A stretch of 62,850 nt of DNA, filler included, from Nitrospinae bacterium RIFCSPLOWO2_12_FULL_45_22 (GTDB lineage Bacteria; 2-12-FULL-45-22), in assembly GCA_001803565.1 (NCBI GenBank). It is 7 parts of 7 records of this genome, joined end to end, with 100 filler letters (N's around TTAATTAATTAA, not from the genome) between each part and the next. Parts side by side here need not be neighbours in the genome. Positions count along the whole stretch, not along the records: positions 37,384 to 50,518 come from MHDQ01000181.1; 6 more parts are not named here. One strand, 5' to 3'. The position numbers were made by a program, and so were the translations under genes. Below the pieces are notes generated by a model, which was not told where the DNA came from, did not search any database, and saw nothing but the letters and a program-made list of their open reading frames with translations. Shown piece after piece: positions 38,873 through 47,035 of this stretch. Numbering within the stretch: position 1 is the first letter of the stretch; every line of letters begins with the position of its first letter.

Positions 38873-39256
38873 GAGCTATCTCCTCCTTTCTCCGATTCTA
38901 CTGCGCTTAATCAGTGGGCCATAATATCCATTAGTGTAATTGCCCAATATCTTGTGCGGAATTAATATCACCGCAGAGACACAGAGAAGACCCGTAAGGC
39001 GTGAGAGCGTTAGGCATAAGGAGATGCCCCCTCACCCTCACACCTTACTCCTTACGATCCGTAAGAAGACTCTGCGCCTCAGCGTCTCTGCGGTTCAATG
39101 GCATCTTCTACAACTTATTGAGTAATTACCCATTAGTAACAACTCTGTCATCTCACCCCCTTTCTCCTCACTTTGTAGGCACGGATTTATCCGTGCATTA
39201 TAAATAGCACGAATAGAATTCGTGTGCAGGCCGGGGGCTTGTACCCCCGCCCTGGC

Positions 39257-40912
39257 TCAAAACTCGTACTTGACCTTGAACTCGACATAGTTCCGGTCGT
39301 TCAATGGCCCCCAGGCTAAATCGTTTGGGTGGCCATAGAAGTAGTGAAAGAGCACAGAGGCCGTGAGGTAGTTAGAGAAGGTATAGCTGGTCCCGAATGT
39401 ATTTTGCGAGGTCATGCGGTTAAAGGGGGTGATCATATTGATCCAGGTGATAGACCAGCGGTCTTCTGTAAAGGGAGCGCGCCAGGTTAGTGCTGGGAGG
39501 TAAATGGCACTGATATTATTTGCGGGGCTGGCAGGCTGCGGCACCGGTATCCCACCATCCCGGCCAAAGAGATAGGTAAATGACCAGTAGAGCATGAAGC
39601 TAAAATCCTGCCGGAAATAGCTCTCTACCCCCCAAATCTGTCTATACAGGCTCCGCTTACTATAGCCATCATACTTATTCAGCAAGGGGTTAGTCAACCC
39701 CAGGGCGATAACACTCTCATTCAGGTTCGGGAGATACTTATTCAGGTCCAGGGCATTCTCAAAGAACATGCCCCAGTTTCGGTTTAGGAACCAGAAACTT
39801 TTATCCAGGGCTAGGCCCATAGTATGCAGCCGGGTAGGCTTGGGCTCGACAAAGTACCGGGGTGCCCCTCCTACTATGCGGAAGGCCCGGCGGAAACCGG
39901 TCATGGACTTGTCCCAGTAATAGGCATAGAAGAGGTGTCCGTTCCAGCCGCCATAATTGAACCCCAGCCGGGTGATCCACTCATGGTCTTTGACATTCCA
40001 GGTAGGCATATCGGCCCGCATCCGGGTAGTCAGGGCCGCCGGGTTAATACCAATGTCTGAGGGGCTTCCTTGGGGCCAGACATAGCCCGCAGGATAATAA
40101 TAGTTCCGCTCATAGTCAAAGTTCCAGATCAACTGAAAATAGAGGTTAGGGGTGAATTGCCTGATGACCGAGAGCATCCAGGTAGGGAGATTGACATACT
40201 CAAAGTCGGTCTGGGTAAGGCGGGGGTTGGCGGCAGTGCCATACCTGAGGTCTACCGGGAAGACAGAATCATGCACCTTGGTATCTACCTTGGCCCAGAT
40301 ATGCTGCTGCTTACCGAGTTGGATGATCCAGCCCGGCGGGGTCCATTTGAGATAAAGCTCACGCCAGATGCGCTTGGTATCGTTATAATACTCATCGGCC
40401 TCCTTGACTGCCGGGTAAAGGTTACGGCGGGCAGCACTGCGAGTACCACCAAAGCTGTGCTTGAAGCTATGGTCCCAATCATACAGGGCATTGTAGCGGA
40501 AGTCCCAGATGCTGACAAACTCCAGGCTCGGTATAGCCGGTGGGACATAGCGGGCCTCCAACTCCGTGAACCACTCGATCTTCTCCAGGTTATAGTTCCG
40601 CTTCCGGAGAGCACCCGCGGGCAGTCCTGGGTTAGAGTTATAGCGGCCGGCGGCAGGCGGGTTGGGATTGCCCCGCATAGTCTTACCTCCACCTTCTCTC
40701 CCTCTGCCATTCAGGAACAAGCCGGTGTCATTCCAGAGAACCCCCTTCAGCCACAGGCCCGGGACCGCTTCTTCCACATTATTCAGGGCATGACCAAAGG
40801 GATCAAAATTACTCAGGTCAAACCACTTACCCTCCTCCTGGGCCTGGGCCAGCGTACTCAGGAACCCCAGGGCCAGGAGACAGACTATTACTGAGAACAT
40901 ATGCCTTTTCAT
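39257..40912 (-). CDS. Outer-membrane beta-barrel protein (DUF1302-like), copy 2
   Basis: Signal peptide; RELYL...LGKQQHIWAKVD; C-terminal beta-signal YVEFKVKYEF. Confidence 0.75.
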   Translation of the reverse strand: MKRHMFSVIVCLLALGFLSTLAQAQEEGKWFDLSNFDPFGHALNNVEEAVPGLWLKGVLWNDTGLFLNGRGREGGGKTMRGNPNPPAAGRYNSNPGLPAGALRKRNYNLEKIEWFTELEARYVPPAIPSLEFVSIWDFRYNALYDWDHSFKHSFGGTRSAARRNLYPAVKEADEYYNDTKRIWRELYLKWTPPGWIIQLGKQQHIWAKVDTKVHDSVFPVDLRYGTAANPRLTQTDFEYVNLPTWMLSVIRQFTPNLYFQLIWNFDYERNYYYPAGYVWPQGSPSDIGINPAALTTRMRADMPTWNVKDHEWITRLGFNYGGWNGHLFYAYYWDKSMTGFRRAFRIVGGAPRYFVEPKPTRLHTMGLALDKSFWFLNRNWGMFFENALDLNKYLPNLNESVIALGLTNPLLNKYDGYSKRSLYRQIWGVESYFRQDFSFMLYWSFTYLFGRDGGIPVPQPASPANNISAIYLPALTWRAPFTEDRWSITWINMITPFNRMTSQNTFGTSYTFSNYLTASVLFHYFYGHPNDLAWGPLNDRNYVEFKVKYEF

Positions 40913-41126
40913 AACACCCTCCTTTCTCTTTAGTGAGCAGTGAGGAGTAAGCAGATAATCTCGAATTTCGAAATTAGGGTCGTTAACGGCTCACGGCTTT
41001 ACTGTTCACTACTCACTCTATTAACCCTTAGCGCTATCTACAACTAGCGATAACTACACAAAATTTAAAAGATTTTCCTGAATTCTGTTAACTGAACCCC
41101 CGGGAACTGTTACCCCAAATTAAACG

Positions 41127-41270
41127 GTAACCGTTCAGCCACGAAGAAGTGCAAAGTGTAAAACTACGGTAAATTATTCCTCAGCTTTGCACTTTTAGCT
41201 TTGCATTTTCCGCCCTCCTGGGCCTTTGTGCCTTAACGGCAGATAAAAGGTTATCCCGGTGAACGGTTAC
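41127..41270. mobile_element. MITE with GTAACCGTTCA terminal inverted repeats and a near-perfect 8-bp TSD
   Basis: ATTAAACG|GTAACCGTTCA ... TGAACGGTTAC|ATTAAACT. Confidence 0.75.
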
Positions 41271-41652
41271 ATTAAACTGATAATCCTTGACCGAATTTGG
41301 GATAAGGTGATAGGACCCAGTTATTAGGTAAGTGCGATGATATTTCGAGGAACAGCCGGAGGTATGAGCAGATAGCAGGGACTTTAGCGGCAACTTTTAT
41401 GGATCATCTGAGCCAGGTGACGATCCTACTCTCACAAGCATTATGGAATTAAGTACAAAAGAAATGGACACTTTAACGGTCGTTCCAGCTAAGACCAACT
41501 CGGTCACATTATTCTGGACGCCTTAAGCTATCTTCAGCCGACCCACATAACCCATCACCCCCCTTACCTGCCTTGAACAGTATGGAAAATACCTGCTTAC
41601 CTTCAGTAGGTAGGAAACAAAGGCAAATTACTACTCCTCAAATGTGAAAGGC

Positions 41653-41681
41653 ACTTTAAACTAATAGCGCCTTTTTGTCAA
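41653..41681 (-). promoter_or_regulatory. Putative sigma70 promoter for the second barrel/DUF1329 copy
   Basis: Minus strand TTGACA-N17-TAAAGT just downstream of the copy-1 terminator. Confidence 0.5.
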
Positions 41682-41710
41682 GACTTTTTTTTGGGGCTAA
41701 AATTTTTACA

Positions 41711-41745
41711 AAAAAATGTAGGCACGGATTAATCCGTGCCTACAT
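41711..41745 (-). terminator. Perfect REP-like palindrome with a U-tract (intrinsic terminator)
   Basis: ATGTAGGCACGGATTAATCCGTGCCTACAT followed by a T-run on the minus strand, just after the stop at 41755. Confidence 0.7.
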
Positions 41746-41754
41746 ACAATGCCG

Positions 41755-43146
41755 CTACTTCAGCTCCTGGAACTTGGTACCATTGGCCCAGCCCCAGGGA
41801 TCATAACCACCACGGGCCTTCCACATATCCTGGCTGGCCCTGGCCTTCTTGATCAGCTCCGGGTCGAGCCGTTCTACCCCAACCCGGTCTTTACACTTCT
41901 TCTCTAAATAGAAATAGGGGTAGGGGGGGAAATGATCAATCTTGGTTACTGGCCGATAGCCCGGTACCGGGCGCCAGAAATACTCCTTTTGCAGCTCGGG
42001 TATAGTATACTTGGTATCAGGGATGGGCTGGCCATATTTGAAGCCACCATACCAGGCCATCCCCCAAAAATCTCTCTGCCAATCACCCAATAAGATAGTG
42101 GTCCTGCCCCAGGCCACTCTACCTTTATAGGAATTGGGATAGGCCTTCCAGCTTTGTTCGCCTATCCCCATCCGGATATAGTTGCCTTCATGGTCATACT
42201 GCTCCTCATGCAGTGGCAGCTTGGTACGCTTCTCTATCCAGTCGAGGATATACCCTAGATAATATTTCGGGTCTTTAGGCGTGAGCTTAACTACCCAGCA
42301 CTCTAAGCCCCCATCCTCCCGGTAGGGGTTCTGACCATCTCCCCAGACCCCGGCTCCAGGATAGATCGGGTTGTCCACAATAACCTTGGGGTCTCCCAGG
42401 ATGGCCTGACCTCTTGCCCCATTAACCTCATAAAGGATGTCTTCACCAATGATCTCATAGGTATATTCCCAGTATTGCCGCTCGCCATTATCGTCATTGC
42501 TCAAGGGATAACCCAGGGAGTCGTCCTGCCGGTCACCACCGGCCGAGCGCCTCACCCGCCGCAAAGCCGGTACCCAGGCATAGCGGTCCGGGTCTTTCCA
42601 CTTGCCCGGGGCATTGTTGTATTTGACTACCAGTTGCGCAAAGCCCCGCAGCTCGGGCGGGTTATCCAGGATAGTGAAGACTTTTTGGTAGAGGCCATTG
42701 ACCCCCATCTTGTAGTGGATGATCTCATCAAACTTCTCCCAGTAATGGGTGCGCATGATATAGAAGTTTTTGCTGACGACCAAGCCCCGGCGGTTCCGCA
42801 TGACGGAATACCCACAATAATCCGCGGTCTTACCTCCCTCGGCCCCCCAGAAGGCGCATTCCCTAAGCCAGAGCAACTCCTCACCGGTATACGGGACATC
42901 CTTGGTGGGCCAGGAGGGCTTCCAGGGAAAGGGGTCTTTAAGTACCCAGGGGTACTGTGGATGGCGCTTATCCGGGGCAGTCCAGTCCTTTACCGGCTCA
43001 GCATAAGGTGTCCAGCCCTTGATGGTTGATGGTGCAGGGGCATACTTGTCTGCCGGCGCCTGCGCTGACACTACAACTGGATTAAACCACCAGAACCCCA
43101 GGCTCAGCAATAAAACCATTAGGAACATCATCTTTCTCTTCTGCAT
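41755..43146 (-). CDS. DUF1329/LolA-like periplasmic protein, copy 1
   Basis: Paralog of 37481-38872 with the same length (463 aa) and WVPALRRVRR motif. Confidence 0.75.
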   Translation of the reverse strand: MQKRKMMFLMVLLLSLGFWWFNPVVVSAQAPADKYAPAPSTIKGWTPYAEPVKDWTAPDKRHPQYPWVLKDPFPWKPSWPTKDVPYTGEELLWLRECAFWGAEGGKTADYCGYSVMRNRRGLVVSKNFYIMRTHYWEKFDEIIHYKMGVNGLYQKVFTILDNPPELRGFAQLVVKYNNAPGKWKDPDRYAWVPALRRVRRSAGGDRQDDSLGYPLSNDDNGERQYWEYTYEIIGEDILYEVNGARGQAILGDPKVIVDNPIYPGAGVWGDGQNPYREDGGLECWVVKLTPKDPKYYLGYILDWIEKRTKLPLHEEQYDHEGNYIRMGIGEQSWKAYPNSYKGRVAWGRTTILLGDWQRDFWGMAWYGGFKYGQPIPDTKYTIPELQKEYFWRPVPGYRPVTKIDHFPPYPYFYLEKKCKDRVGVERLDPELIKKARASQDMWKARGGYDPWGWANGTKFQELK

Positions 43147-43278
43147 GAGCTATCCTCCTCCTTATCTACGATTCTGCTGCAGTTAAGCCGTAAACTTTTA
43201 GTATCTTTTTATTAACAAACCTATCCTCTCACCCCCTTTCTCCTCATTACTGACGGGGGGATGGCCCCCCGCTCCAGC

Positions 43279-44934
43279 TTAAAACTCGTACTTGACCTTG
43301 AATTCGACATAATTCCGATCGTTCAATGGCCCCCAGAGTAAGTCGTTCGGGTGGCCATAGAAATAGTGAAAGAGCACCGAGGCCGTGAGGTAGTTAGAGA
43401 AGGTATAGCTGGTCCCGAATGTATTTTGCGAGGTCATGCGGTTAAGGGGGGTGATCATATTGATCCAACTGATAGACCAGCGGTCTTCGGTAAAGGGAGC
43501 GCGCCAGGTTAGTGCCGGGAGGTAAATGGCGCTGATATTATTTGCGGGGCTGGCAGGCTGCGGTGCCGGTATCCCTCCATCCCGACCAAAGACATAGGTA
43601 AATGCCCAGTAGAGCAGGAAGCTAAAATCCTGCATGAAATAGCTCTCTACACCCCAGATATGTTTATACAGGGTCCGCTTACTATAGCCATCATACTTAT
43701 TCAGCAAGGGGTTAGTCAACCCCAGGGCTATAACACTCTCATTTAGATTCGGGAGATATTTGTTAAGCAGAAAATAATTCTCGAAGAACATGGCCCAGTT
43801 GCGCTTCAGGAACCAGAAGTTGGTATCCAGGGCAATACCGGTATAATGCACCCGGGTCGGCTTGGGCTCGACAAAGTAGCGCGGCGCACCCCCTACTATG
43901 CGGGAGGCCCGGCGGAAACCAGTAAGAGACTTATCCCAGACATAGGCATAGAGCAGGTGCCCGTTCCAGCGGCCGACATTAAACCCAAGCCGGGTGATCC
44001 ACTCATGGTCTTTGACATTCCAGGTGGGCATATCGGCCCGCATCCGGGTAGTCAGGGCCGCCGGGTTGATACCGATATCTGAGGGGCTCCCCGAAGGCCA
44101 GACATAGCCCGCAGGATAGGTGTAGTTCCTTTCGTAGTCAAAGTTCCAGATCAACTGAAAATAAACGTGTGACCCTAACTGTTTGGTGGCCGAGAGCATC
44201 CAGGTAGGGATATTGACATACTCATAGTCAGTCTGGGTAAGGCGGGGATTGGCAGCAGTGCCATACCTTAAGTCCACTGGGAAGAGGTCATCATGAACCT
44301 TGGTGTCTACCTTTGCCCAGATATGCTGCTGCTTGCCTAATTGGATGATCCAGCCCGGTGGGGTCCATTTGATATAGAACTCCCGCCAGATGCGCTTGGT
44401 ATCGTTATAATACTCATCGGCTTCTTTTACGGCTGGGTAGAGGTTACGGCGGGCAGCACTGGTAGTAGCACCGAAGCTGTGCTTGAAGCTATGGTCCCAG
44501 TCATACAGGGCATTGTAGCGGAAATCCCAGATGCTGATAAACTCAAGGTTCGGTATAGCCGGTGGGACATAGCGGGCCTCCAGCTCCGTGAACCACTCGA
44601 TCTTCTCCAGGTTATAGTTCCGCTTCCGGAGAGCACCGGCGGGCAGTCCTGGGTTAGAGTTATAGCGACCCGCCGCAGGTGGGTTGGGATTGCCCCGCAT
44701 AGCCTTACCTCCACCTTCTCGTCCTCTGCCATTCAGGAACAACCCCGTATCATTCCAGATAATCCCCTTCAGGTAGAGGCCCGGGACACACTCTTCGACA
44801 TTGTCCAGGGCATGGCCAAAGGGATCGAAATTACTCAGGTCAAACCATTTGCCCTCCTCCTGTGCCTGCGCCGTACCCAGGAAGAACATGCATAGGAGCA
44901 AGCACAAACTCAGAACACTCATCTTCGCTTTCAT
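43279..44934 (-). CDS. Outer-membrane beta-barrel protein (DUF1302-like), copy 1
   Basis: Paralog of 39257-40912; AAAGGAGGG RBS before MKAKMS; C-terminal KVKYEF. Confidence 0.75.
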   Translation of the reverse strand: MKAKMSVLSLCLLLCMFFLGTAQAQEEGKWFDLSNFDPFGHALDNVEECVPGLYLKGIIWNDTGLFLNGRGREGGGKAMRGNPNPPAAGRYNSNPGLPAGALRKRNYNLEKIEWFTELEARYVPPAIPNLEFISIWDFRYNALYDWDHSFKHSFGATTSAARRNLYPAVKEADEYYNDTKRIWREFYIKWTPPGWIIQLGKQQHIWAKVDTKVHDDLFPVDLRYGTAANPRLTQTDYEYVNIPTWMLSATKQLGSHVYFQLIWNFDYERNYTYPAGYVWPSGSPSDIGINPAALTTRMRADMPTWNVKDHEWITRLGFNVGRWNGHLLYAYVWDKSLTGFRRASRIVGGAPRYFVEPKPTRVHYTGIALDTNFWFLKRNWAMFFENYFLLNKYLPNLNESVIALGLTNPLLNKYDGYSKRTLYKHIWGVESYFMQDFSFLLYWAFTYVFGRDGGIPAPQPASPANNISAIYLPALTWRAPFTEDRWSISWINMITPLNRMTSQNTFGTSYTFSNYLTASVLFHYFYGHPNDLLWGPLNDRNYVEFKVKYEF

Positions 44935-45303
44935 AAGAAACCCTCCTTTCGTTACCATTTTCCACCTTAGATTGAACTAATTAGCTTTGTACGGCTAGCT
45001 CTCTCTCCTGCTACCATCGTTACCTCAGCATCAGGATTTTCGCTTGATCGAGCAGTGTTCGTTTGGCGCAATATAAACTATCTGGAATCAAAATATTCTC
45101 AACCCATAAATCATCACCTCCCCCTGCCTTTCTTATACCAGTTCATCATATTTAATAGCATTCAGCAATCAGCCGTCAGCTCTCAGCTTAACCCATTGGC
45201 AAGTAAAATTCTTTTTCCCCTCAGCATCTCATCCCTTACTCCTAACGCCTTAGGAAAAATCTTGCTGAGCGCTGATAGCTTACAACTGAACCCTTACTAG
45301 ATA

Positions 45304-45762
45304 TTATTCTACTGTGATAGTACCTTTGGTCTCTTTGCCGATGGGCGCCTGGGGCCGATAGACTAACTTGGCGGGTACGACCGTGTACTCAAAGGCACCT
45401 TTCTCGACAAAGCAGAGACTGGCCACGGCACCCGGTGGTATCCGGTCAGAATAGAACCCCCCTTCTGAAGGGTTGGCAATGAAATGTACTGGGGATTTGC
45501 AGGCTACCTCTACCTGCTTACCGCTAAAGAAGATTTCTACATAATCACCCGTAGTGTTTACCCAGATCACGGTAGTACCGGCCTTTACCTTGGCTTCTTG
45601 GGGATAAATCCCAGCCTGCTCGATAATCCGTACCAGGAAAGTACCTAGTTCTTCCCCTTTGATCCGCTCCTTTTTGTCTTGCGCACCTAACGGCACCAAC
45701 AAAAAAGTAATGCCAATAAATAGGGCTACGAAAAGGACACTACACTTTGAATATTTTAACAT
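45304..45762 (-). CDS. Secreted cupredoxin-fold protein lacking the type-1 copper C-terminal ligand set
   Basis: Signal peptide; VKAGTTVIWVN, FVEKGAFEYTV and GTITVE. Confidence 0.65.
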   Translation of the reverse strand: MLKYSKCSVLFVALFIGITFLLVPLGAQDKKERIKGEELGTFLVRIIEQAGIYPQEAKVKAGTTVIWVNTTGDYVEIFFSGKQVEVACKSPVHFIANPSEGGFYSDRIPPGAVASLCFVEKGAFEYTVVPAKLVYRPQAPIGKETKGTITVE

Positions 45763-45856
45763 CTTCCCTCCCTCCTATAATAATGGGTTAATAATAAACG
45801 GCATAAAGCCACCTACACCTCCTCTAAAACCTTAAGCCTCCTCATTTGTCTAGTCC

Positions 45857-46675
45857 TCAATCTTTAGCGCAGCGGAAGCCGATACCATTGCTTTTGGTGC
45901 CGGGTTCGGCCAGGACCCGGCTAAATGTTTGCGCATCTTTAGCATCACTGCTCCAGGCCCCACCCCGAACAATGAGCATCGTATACCACAAATCCTGGCC
46001 ATCACTGCCTTTTTCTCTGGGAGAATGCTGGTATTGGCGGTATTCCATACTGGTCCATTCCATGACATTGCCCGCCAGGTCATACACACCATAAGGGCTC
46101 TTGCCCGCCTCGTATTTCCCTACTGCATGGATGCTTTTTGCGCCGGCTTCCCAGGTATTGGTCTTAGTCTTATCAAATTCTTTACCCCAGGGGAATTCCC
46201 GGGCATCAGCCCCCCGGGCGGCCTTTTCCCACTCCTCTTCGCCTGGTAATCGTTTCCCCGCCCAATTACAATAGGTCTTAGCATCCCACCAGGCAACAAA
46301 CGTTACCGGATAATCGTCTTCGCCCTCAGGATAAGCGCCGGTATGCTGCCAATGATCCGGTAGCCGGTACCTGGTCTCATCTACAAATTTCTTGTATTGC
46401 CTATTAGTCACCTCATATTTATCCAGGTAAAACCCCTTCAAGTATACCACCCGCTTTTTTCTCGGTTCTTGGAATTTAGTAGCATAGCCATAGGGATTTC
46501 TTAAGATACGGAACTCTTCATTATCGGTACCCATGATAAATTTTCCACCGGCTATATAGACCATATCGCTGGTAGCAGATGTATCCCCGGCCAGGGAGTA
46601 CCTCAGCAACCAGTAGGAAAGGGCTGGCACCAGCAAAACAAATAGAGCTATAAGGATTAACTTTTTGCTGGACAT
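45857..46675 (-). CDS. Formylglycine-generating enzyme (SUMF1/FGE-sulfatase) domain protein
   Basis: YEVTN.QY, PVTFVAWWDA..YC.WAGKRLP.EEEWEKAARG, GNVMEW and GFRCA. Confidence 0.88.
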   Translation of the reverse strand: MSSKKLILIALFVLLVPALSYWLLRYSLAGDTSATSDMVYIAGGKFIMGTDNEEFRILRNPYGYATKFQEPRKKRVVYLKGFYLDKYEVTNRQYKKFVDETRYRLPDHWQHTGAYPEGEDDYPVTFVAWWDAKTYCNWAGKRLPGEEEWEKAARGADAREFPWGKEFDKTKTNTWEAGAKSIHAVGKYEAGKSPYGVYDLAGNVMEWTSMEYRQYQHSPREKGSDGQDLWYTMLIVRGGAWSSDAKDAQTFSRVLAEPGTKSNGIGFRCAKD

Positions 46676-46714
46676 CTTTATCTCAGGTCCCCTCAATGAC
46701 AAATTTTACGGCTT

Positions 46715-46743
46715 ACTGTAGACCAGAATAAAAGAAATGTCAA
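46715..46743 (-). promoter_or_regulatory. Putative sigma70 promoter
   Basis: Minus strand TTGACA-N17-TACAGT upstream of the FGE gene. Confidence 0.55.
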
Positions 46744-46835
46744 CAAAAAAAAATTAAAAATTATTTTCGCTCATAGCCGATTACAGACCTCTCCAGGCAA
46801 ATAAGGAATTGCAAATAGCTTGACTTTGTCACATT

Positions 46836-46983
46836 GTAAGCGTTCAGCCGTCAGCAATCAGTGGTCAGCAAGGCAAATAAAAACAACAGCTTATATACAA
46901 AACCTTAGCTTGGGAATTATAGACTGTTCTCTTGTGTCATATTGGTTTTGCTGAAAGCTGACGGCTAATAGCTGAACGCTTAC
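46836..46983. mobile_element. MITE with perfect 13-bp terminal inverted repeats and a perfect 8-bp TSD
   Basis: GTCACATT|GTAAGCGTTCAGC ... GCTGAACGCTTAC|GTCACATT; internal (C/T)CAGC heptamer repeats. Confidence 0.88.
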
Positions 46984-47035
46984 GTCACATTTATAGCAAA
47001 CTGATTAGCTTGACAATGTCAGGCGACTAACAATC

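Noticed and set aside
41280-41640. Long leader between the duplicated modules as a riboswitch or small gene
   Set aside because: No recognisable RNA motif or convincing ORF by eye; a covariance-model search would be needed.
45857-46675. FGE/C-type-lectin-fold gene as a DGR target
   Set aside because: No template repeat of its 3' end and no reverse transcriptase in the window.
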